Shown here one piece after another: positions 25,131 to 31,663 of a stretch of DNA of 31,663 nt. Location: positions 1 through 31,663 of the IMG/VR virus record IMGVR_UViG_3300027863_000119, one strand, 5' to 3'. Position 1 is the stretch's first letter, and each line of letters begins with the position of its first letter. The stretch is from a virus (Duplodnaviria; Caudoviricetes). The notes under the pieces are model-generated. The model made no database searches. It saw nothing but the letters and a program-made list of their open reading frames with translations, and had not been told where the DNA came from. A program made the position numbers and the translations under genes.

Positions 25131-25375
25131 ATGAAGATAAACTTAATCAATTAATTACTGATATAGCAGTTATTAAAACTAAGCTTGAGGCATTCATTGA
25201 AAAAAATAATAATGATATAGAAAGACAAAATCTTAATATTGCTGATCATGAAGACAGATTAAGATTGTTAGAAGACTTTAAATCAAAGATGATTGGCATA
25301 GCATTGGCATCAGGTGTATTTGGTGGAATAATTGGTACATTATTGCAATTAATTATTAAGAGTGTTTTTTCATAA
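25127..25375 (+). CDS. XhlA-like holin/lysis membrane protein
   Basis: N-terminal coiled coil (DHEDRLRLLE) and a single Gly-rich C-terminal TM helix. Confidence 0.65.
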   Translation: MNEDKLNQLITDIAVIKTKLEAFIEKNNNDIERQNLNIADHEDRLRLLEDFKSKMIGIALASGVFGGIIGTLLQLIIKSVFS

Positions 25376-25390
25376 AATTAGGAGCGCGGA

Positions 25391-25753
25391 ATGGAAGATA
25401 AAGTATATATTCATAAAGGGAGAGAATTCAAATTAAGAACAAAATTCTATGTCAAAGATATTGATATTACAAATCGCATAGATTCATTTCTTAAAAAATT
25501 TGTATTTGAACAAGGAATTATTACCTCAAACATTACATCAAAAGAATTAAATGAATTTTTACATGATATATTAATACCAGTCGATGATTTAGAAGTAGAG
25601 AACAATTTTTTTGAAGATATGGAACAAACAGATGCGATGGAGATATTCAGAGATTTTTTCTTAATATATCTTCAATTATCTATCAATATGAAGCAGAGCT
25701 TAATGAAATTCGAAGAAAAATTAAAATCGTTAGTTCAAGTATTGAACAATTAG
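25391..25753 (+). CDS. Tail assembly chaperone (gpG-like)
   Basis: AGGAG SD; upstream of tape measure; contains in-frame slippery heptamer T TTT TTC. Confidence 0.75.
   Translation: MEDKVYIHKGREFKLRTKFYVKDIDITNRIDSFLKKFVFEQGIITSNITSKELNEFLHDILIPVDDLEVENNFFEDMEQTDAMEIFRDFFLIYLQLSINMKQSLMKFEEKLKSLVQVLNN
25654..25660 (+). other. Programmed -1 ribosomal frameshift site (gpG/gpGT)
   Basis: GAT TTT TTC in frame (XXXYYYZ = TTTTTTC); the -1 frame is open from 25615 and continuous with ORF 25777..25962. Confidence 0.8.
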
Positions 25754-25962
25754 AAAATAAATTATATCCGCATAGAATGAAACATCACATAAGCAAGATT
25801 GAATTAACAATGATAGAAGATTTAATATATGTATTGAATGATTATAATATAAACCCATATTCTTCTTTAGAAACGGCATTAAAATATTATGTATTAAAAC
25901 AAACTGAAAATTTAAATTCACTCATTGATATATATAACACATTAAAACAAGTAGACAGATAA
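25660..25962 (+). CDS. gpT-like extension read after -1 frameshift (includes track ORF 25777..25962)
   Basis: LNISSIIYQYEAELNEIRRKIKIVSSSIEQLENKLYPHR-MKHHISK... with no stop; TAATG coupling to tape measure. Confidence 0.72.
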   Translation, partial: LNISSIIYQYEAELNEIRRKIKIVSSSIEQLENKLYPHRMKHHISKIELTMIEDLIYVLNDYNINPYSSLETALKYYVLKQTENLNSLIDIYNTLKQVDR

Positions 25963-27629
25963 TGGAAAGAGATATACAAATTAAATTAATAATTGAGGGA
26001 AAAGAAGCTATTGCGACATTATCTAATGTTGATGAATTATATCGCAATATTGTTGAGCAAACAAAATCTACAAAGAAATTACCTGCTCTTGTAGATAAGC
26101 AAGATATACAAAATATCGGTTCAATTAATCAGCTATTTGCACAGACAGGATTTTTACTCTCAGACTTAGATATGATGTTTGTTAATACACGTATGGGTTT
26201 ACTGAGTATATCGAATAATATTTCTATGATTGCACAAACAGCAGCAAATGCAAGCAATCAAGCTAAACAACTTGGCATTTCATTTATGCAAGCAATATCA
26301 AGCTCAATCAATCCTATGAATATGCTGATATTAGGTATTAATGGTGTAATGTTTGTAATGCAGATGCTTGCAAGAGAAAGTGATAATACAACAAGTTCTT
26401 TGAAAAGGCAGAAAGATGAAGTAAATAATTTAAAGAACGAGTATGAAAATCTAACATTGACTCAATTAAAAAATCTGAAGGCTGAAGTCGAAACAGAATT
26501 ATTGAAAATGACAAGAGAATTATCAGAGAAATATGGGATAAAGTCGGCGCTTGTAAAAACGCATCCAGTACTTCAATTCGCTGATTGGCTTGGTATATGG
26601 AGTCCAAGTGAAATGTCAGAGGAAGAAAGGAAAAAGTATGAAAGTTTATTAAATCAAAACAAAGCATTAGATGAAACTATAGCTAAACATGGTTATATTA
26701 AAGAATTAGAAGCACAAAGAAATATATGGATGGAAAAGAGAAAAGAATTAGATGAAGAACATATGCATGCATTTGATAAAGTAATACAGTATTATGATAA
26801 ATTAATCGAAAAAGCAAATGATGCACTTAAAATAGAAAAAGAACGATATACAACAATACAGGATATTGGGAAAGTATTTGATAAAATAATTAGACTTGAA
26901 TTAGAAAAACAATACTATGAAACAGAAAAAGAATTTGAAAATTTACAAATTTTGGAAAATGTCTCTATCTTTCCAGCTAATCTGGAAAATTTTCCATCAG
27001 CATTAAAAAAATTAAGATACATCAGTTTGGAAACAGGTAAACCAGAAACATTAAAAGAGGAAGAAGAAAGGAAATCTAAAGAAAGCAAATTAAAATCACC
27101 TCATGAAATGATGAAAGAATATTTAAGTCAACCTGAGCAAGTAGAAGAAATGCAAAATCTTATTAATTATTCTCAGCAGCTTGGCTTTATTTGGCAAAGA
27201 ACAGGAAGTATAATAGCTAATGCATTGAGCAGAGCAATTATTTACGGACAAAAATTTAGAGATATAATAAAAGATTTAGGAGCATCTTTATTAGATACTG
27301 CAATTCAATTAATGGTAAAGGTTGGGCTTAATGCACTTGCTTCAGAATTAGGACTTCCTGTTAATTTTATGGCAAGTGGTGGAGTAATTAATGAGCCAGT
27401 ATATGGAATAGGAGCATCAGGACGTGGTTATGTGCTGGGGGAAGGTGGAGAGCCGGAAATGGTTATTCCATTTTCACGATTGAATTCTCATAATTATTAT
27501 ATACCAAAAATTCAAACAATAAGAATCGAGCCGATTCGAATCGATATTTCTGGTACTGCTACTGCACGAGGGAGAGATTTAGATTATAATTTCAATAAAC
27601 GAATGATGATTAAACAAAAGTATTATTAA
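25962..27629 (+). CDS. Tape measure protein (short, 555 aa)
   Basis: Helical/coiled-coil with hydrophobic patches; C-terminal MASGGVINEP...VLGEGGEPEMVIP motif; follows G/GT chaperones. Confidence 0.85.
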   Translation: MERDIQIKLIIEGKEAIATLSNVDELYRNIVEQTKSTKKLPALVDKQDIQNIGSINQLFAQTGFLLSDLDMMFVNTRMGLLSISNNISMIAQTAANASNQAKQLGISFMQAISSSINPMNMLILGINGVMFVMQMLARESDNTTSSLKRQKDEVNNLKNEYENLTLTQLKNLKAEVETELLKMTRELSEKYGIKSALVKTHPVLQFADWLGIWSPSEMSEEERKKYESLLNQNKALDETIAKHGYIKELEAQRNIWMEKRKELDEEHMHAFDKVIQYYDKLIEKANDALKIEKERYTTIQDIGKVFDKIIRLELEKQYYETEKEFENLQILENVSIFPANLENFPSALKKLRYISLETGKPETLKEEEERKSKESKLKSPHEMMKEYLSQPEQVEEMQNLINYSQQLGFIWQRTGSIIANALSRAIIYGQKFRDIIKDLGASLLDTAIQLMVKVGLNALASELGLPVNFMASGGVINEPVYGIGASGRGYVLGEGGEPEMVIPFSRLNSHNYYIPKIQTIRIEPIRIDISGTATARGRDLDYNFNKRMMIKQKYY

Positions 27630-29524
27630 TGTATACTATAAGTTACATATTTGGAGAAACTACTACAGTAGGACATTTATTGGGGACTGGTGATAGATAT
27701 TTACTTACTTTACAATTTACAATAAATGAAGATGGGAATAATATAACTTATCATGCTGAAGAGAGAGGGCTAAAAATATTAAAAAGAGGCATTACTAAAT
27801 TAAATTATGATTATGATGATTTCTTCTTAGTTCCTGCAGAACAAGAATTTGCAATATATGATGAGAATAGAGAACTCGAAAATTTGTTATACGATGGCTC
27901 AATAGCTAATAGCGTAGAAAAAGAATTTTATGTAAAAGTTGAAATAAAATATTTTGGTGAGCCAAATTATACAATCGAATTTAGTGGTTATGCAATACCA
28001 GATTTATTAGAATATGATGAAATGCAGAAAACACATTACATTACTGTAATGCCAAAAACTAATCTATTAAACGAAACTTATCTTTATCCAGAAGGATACG
28101 AAAGAGAAAATTGGGACCCAAATAATTCATTAATTGCACAACCTAATAATCCACTACAATTGAATTATTCTAAAATTGGTAATGCAATTAGATGGGAATG
28201 GGTATCATTAAAAACACTGATTGAAAAAATATTTCAAATAATTAATCCTTCAATAACAGTTAGTTTTTATCACAATTGGTTGTTTTATGGTAATTCATAT
28301 TGGGAATATGGAGTCGAATACACAAAAAACGATTTAAAATTAGAGGACTTAATTCTTGATCATAATTGGATTGGTTCTGTGTTTGCTTATCAAATAGGCA
28401 ATATTGATAGCATTGGGAATTTGTTGAAATTACTTGCATTTGAATTTGGTTCAATGGCCGGAATGGTATCACAAGAGAAAGCATTTTTCAAGCAAGTATT
28501 GTATTGGGATAATTCACAAATAGAAACACTTGGGACTTTAATTGATGATAAACCTAAAAAAAGTTACAAATTTACTAAATATGATTTTGTAAAAATAAAT
28601 AGTGACTTTTATAAACAAGATACAGGACAATTAAATAGATATGTATTATCAAAATTTTCTCCTAATAATTTTGCCCCACACGGACTATTTGAAAAAGTAA
28701 GAGGTAAAAATGGGCTTGAAAAAACAATTATTACTGTAGCAGACTATCTGAATCAAGCTTTAAGTGGTCCATGGGATGTAGCGTCTAACTTACGTGCAGC
28801 AATACAAGGCGTATCAAATGCATACTATTCAATTTATGGGGTAAAAAATCCATTAATGAATTTTCAAACATTGCTTTGGAACCCTCCAGAACCTGGTTAT
28901 CTTGGATTAGCTCATTATCTAGCTGAATATTATTATACATTACGTGGTCTTTTATATCAAATGCCTGTTTATGAATTCAAAGTAGATGGACTTAATTATG
29001 ATTTTATGAAAGGGTTCGAATATAATGGTTATAATTTTGTTAAAATCGGGCAAGAAAAAAACTGGGATGAAGAGACAACAAAAATTGAAGCAATAAGGTT
29101 ACAGACAACATCGAAAGAAATTGATAATACGAGTAAAGGTGAAGTAATTACAGTACCAATTGCTTATATAAGTATGAAAGTAATTCCTGGTCAAGTATCA
29201 TTAAATTATGAACAAATTGGGCAAGGTGCTATTGCAATTGCAGAGATGAATGCAGATGAATGGCTTGATGAATTTATTATTCAAGTTGATGTTCCATTTG
29301 GACAAAATGAAATAAGTAATTTTAGAATATTCGATGGGAATGAAACACTTGTTACTATTGATAAAATTATGGGAAAATTTAGACAAATTATTAATCCACA
29401 AACAATAAGAAAGGTAAAAAAATATAATACTCCAGATACAATTTATCTTGAATGGACACCTGGAAATCAAACTCCAACAACAGGCCAGGGGACATTAATT
29501 ATTAAAAAAATGGTGCGAGCATGA
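27629..29524 (+). CDS. Tail tip/hub structural protein (putative)
   Basis: Coupled to tape measure (TAATG); aromatic-rich beta composition; synteny only. Confidence 0.6.
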   Translation: MYTISYIFGETTTVGHLLGTGDRYLLTLQFTINEDGNNITYHAEERGLKILKRGITKLNYDYDDFFLVPAEQEFAIYDENRELENLLYDGSIANSVEKEFYVKVEIKYFGEPNYTIEFSGYAIPDLLEYDEMQKTHYITVMPKTNLLNETYLYPEGYERENWDPNNSLIAQPNNPLQLNYSKIGNAIRWEWVSLKTLIEKIFQIINPSITVSFYHNWLFYGNSYWEYGVEYTKNDLKLEDLILDHNWIGSVFAYQIGNIDSIGNLLKLLAFEFGSMAGMVSQEKAFFKQVLYWDNSQIETLGTLIDDKPKKSYKFTKYDFVKINSDFYKQDTGQLNRYVLSKFSPNNFAPHGLFEKVRGKNGLEKTIITVADYLNQALSGPWDVASNLRAAIQGVSNAYYSIYGVKNPLMNFQTLLWNPPEPGYLGLAHYLAEYYYTLRGLLYQMPVYEFKVDGLNYDFMKGFEYNGYNFVKIGQEKNWDEETTKIEAIRLQTTSKEIDNTSKGEVITVPIAYISMKVIPGQVSLNYEQIGQGAIAIAEMNADEWLDEFIIQVDVPFGQNEISNFRIFDGNETLVTIDKIMGKFRQIINPQTIRKVKKYNTPDTIYLEWTPGNQTPTTGQGTLIIKKMVRA

Positions 29525-31663
29525 AAAAATTATTAATTATTTTACTATTATTTTTTACACAAATAATTACTGCACAAAATTATATCGATGCAGATGGGAC
29601 ATCTGCACCAAAATGGCGTATAGGAAATGATAGATATATTTTATTATATCCGGATGATGATAGCAATTTTGTTAGAGTAAATATTAACGGTATAGAAACA
29701 AAACTACTTGATTATAATTACGTTTTATCTAAAACTGATAGTGTAAGAAGAGCATTTAATATAATTGGCGGGGCTGCGAACAAAATCTTATATCAAATAT
29801 CTCAAGATTCAACAGGATTCATCGTTGCACCTACTAATAATCGATTTTTATATTATAATAATGGCTGGCAATGGAAATGGGCATGGAGTGTTGATACTAA
29901 TACTGTAGTAAGAACTTCGAGAATATTATCAACTACAGCTCCACTAAGGATTGATGGTTTATCATCAGCTAACTTAAGTTCTGATAGAACATTATCATTA
30001 TTATATAATACAACTCATTTTTCTGTATTATCAAATCAACTTACAGCAAATAATTTTACAATAAGTGCGGGAGATGGACTTACTGGTGGTGGCAGTTTAA
30101 GTCTTGGTGGTTCTACAACAATCAATTTGAATTATAATTCAAGTCATTTTTCAATTGTATCAGACCAGCTTACAGCTAATAATATTATTGCAAATAGCAA
30201 TAATGGAGTTATTATTACAACTCCATTCACATTAGGAAGTTCAATCACAATTGATACACCACAAGATATTAGAACAACTGCATCACCACAATTTGTTAAT
30301 ATTAATTTAAGTGGAATTATAAATCAACAAGGTACTGGGACAAATTATTTTTATGGTGATATTCAACAATATGGCAATAGATCACTTTATAATAATTTTG
30401 TTTCTGGCTGGGCTGGTAGTGGTTGGAGACTTGATTATGGTATAGCTCAATCTGGTAAGAGTTACTTTGAAGTTGATAATTTAACAGTTCGTGGCACAAT
30501 GTCGGTTTATGAATTATTACTTAACCAGATAAGAGCAACAAATGGCAATGTTATTACAAGTGACGCAGCAAAAGTAGAAAGTGTGAGTGGCAATCAAATA
30601 ACATTTGAGGATCCATCGAATCATAATGTTTGTCCTTTCTCAATAAATGATTTAATTATAGCACAAAGCTGGGATAATGCAGGAACTACTATTAGACAAG
30701 TGCAAGCAACTGTTACTTCTGTAAGTGGCAGAACTATAACTGTATCTTATAATTCCGGCACCGCACAGAAAGGCGATACATTTGTTCGCATTGGCAATAC
30801 AACAAATACAGCAAGACAAGGATTAGTTTATACAGTTACTTCAGATGCTTATGCGCCTTTTATAGACATTATTAATGGTGTAAATAGCTGGAGTGCATGG
30901 AGTTCATCAACAAAAACAAAAGCACGATATGGTAATCTTTCAGGTATAACTGATGCAACATTTGGGGCATTAAGTGGTTATGGACTTTATGCTCAGAATG
31001 TATATTTGAAAGGCAGATTTTATCTTTCAACGTTATCACAAACAATTGAAGATGCACTAAATACAAAAGTATCTTTAACTGATTTTAATAATTTAAGCAA
31101 TACTGTAGCTACTCATACAACACAAATTCAGCAAAATGCAAATGCAATAACATTAAAAGCAAATAAGACTTATGCAGATAGCTTGAATAATAGATTATCA
31201 ACCGCAGAGGCTAATATAACAATAAATGCAAATGCAATAACTACAGAAGTAACTAATAGAACTAATGCAGATAATACTTTACAATCTCAAATTACTCAAA
31301 CAGCAAATAATTTGAATCTAAGAGTAAGAAAAGACAGTGTTATATCACAGATTAATTTATCCCCTGAAACAATATCAATTAGTTCAAGCAAATTAAATAT
31401 AACAGGAAATACTACTTTTAGTAACGGCTTAAATTTGGCTCAGACAATTAATAGTGGAACTACTACAATAAATGGTTCAAAGATTACAACTGGGACAATT
31501 ACATTATCGCATTTGAATTTTACACCAGTTCAAACAACGAATGTTATTGCTTCAATAAATGCGAGCACAGAAGGATTAAGAATAAATGGTTCTAAGATAT
31601 TGATTGATGGAACAGTTCAATTTTCAAGTGGCTATGATCCTTCGCAAAAAATTCCTATCGGCG
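29521..31663 (+). CDS. Tail fibre/spike protein with N-terminal Sec signal peptide; >714 aa, truncated by window (not in ORF track)
   Basis: Hand-translated with no stop: MKKLLIILLLFFTQIITA|QNY...; AGDGLTGGG shaft motif, PQDIRTTASPQF, FVSGWAGSGWRL...EVDNLTVRG...YELLLNQIRATNG, coiled coil, ISQINLSPETISI gp58-like repeats; ATGA overlap with upstream stop. Confidence 0.88.
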   Translation, partial: MKKLLIILLLFFTQIITAQNYIDADGTSAPKWRIGNDRYILLYPDDDSNFVRVNINGIETKLLDYNYVLSKTDSVRRAFNIIGGAANKILYQISQDSTGFIVAPTNNRFLYYNNGWQWKWAWSVDTNTVVRTSRILSTTAPLRIDGLSSANLSSDRTLSLLYNTTHFSVLSNQLTANNFTISAGDGLTGGGSLSLGGSTTINLNYNSSHFSIVSDQLTANNIIANSNNGVIITTPFTLGSSITIDTPQDIRTTASPQFVNINLSGIINQQGTGTNYFYGDIQQYGNRSLYNNFVSGWAGSGWRLDYGIAQSGKSYFEVDNLTVRGTMSVYELLLNQIRATNGNVITSDAAKVESVSGNQITFEDPSNHNVCPFSINDLIIAQSWDNAGTTIRQVQATVTSVSGRTITVSYNSGTAQKGDTFVRIGNTTNTARQGLVYTVTSDAYAPFIDIINGVNSWSAWSSSTKTKARYGNLSGITDATFGALSGYGLYAQNVYLKGRFYLSTLSQTIEDALNTKVSLTDFNNLSNTVATHTTQIQQNANAITLKANKTYADSLNNRLSTAEANITINANAITTEVTNRTNADNTLQSQITQTANNLNLRVRKDSVISQINLSPETISISSSKLNITGNTTFSNGLNLAQTINSGTTTINGSKITTGTITLSHLNFTPVQTTNVIASINASTEGLRINGSKILIDGTVQFSSGYDPSQKIPIG

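Larger units (their letters stand above)
166..31663. mobile_element. Temperate siphovirus-like prophage, truncated by the right window edge
   Basis: att/tRNA fragment, integrase, CI-like repressor, replication, packaging, head, tail tube, tape measure, lysis and fibre genes in lambdoid order; no tail sheath recognised. Confidence 0.97.

Noticed and set aside
5023-31066. Many short minus-strand or nested ORFs from the track (e.g. 5023, 5771, 8593, 11399, 16441, 19627, 26338, 30317, 30872)
   Set aside because: All lie within well-supported plus-strand genes and have the F/S/I/L-rich composition expected from antisense or off-frame reading of AT-rich coding DNA
29737-31341. Bacteroidota O-glycosylation sequons D(S/T)(A/I/L/M/T/V) in the fibre (DSV, DST, DSL, DSV) as evidence of glycosylation
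   Set aside because: Four sites in ~714 Ser/Thr-rich residues is about what composition predicts; compatible with the export idea but not evidence for it
29521-31663. Diversity-generating retroelement targeting the fibre
   Set aside because: No reverse transcriptase or template/variable repeat pair seen in the window; cannot be excluded downstream

Overview
The window holds the left ~31.5 kb of a low-GC temperate siphovirus-type prophage, integrated at the 3' half of a tRNA-Val(TAC) gene (att copy at 166-210, minus strand). Gene order: integrase and immunity/lysogenic-conversion operon (minus strand); AbrB-fold Cro-position gene, CII-like and excisionase-like genes; recombination/replication block (putative annealase, SbcD/Mre11, SbcC/Rad50, wHTH, XF1762/Mom-like, SF2 helicase, DUF4373-type initiator with internal repeats, endonuclease); Mor/C-like late regulator; terminases, PBSX-like portal, MuF, XkdF-like protease-scaffold, major capsid, neck, tail tube; a lysis cassette inside the tail module; frameshifted tail chaperones, short tape measure, tail hub; and a tail fibre ORF missing from the ORF track that runs off the right edge (29521..>31663). 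Most unusual: two genes in the virion-structural operon, including the tail fibre, begin with classical Sec signal peptides cleaved at A|Q, suggesting export of virion parts. Also notable are two late promoters built identically from paired ATTACAC-N6-GTGTAAT palindromes 66 bp apart. The A|Q signal peptides and AT-richness suggest an FCB-group (Ignavibacteria/Bacteroidota-like) host; this is inference. All family assignments come from motif recognition by eye, not database searches.
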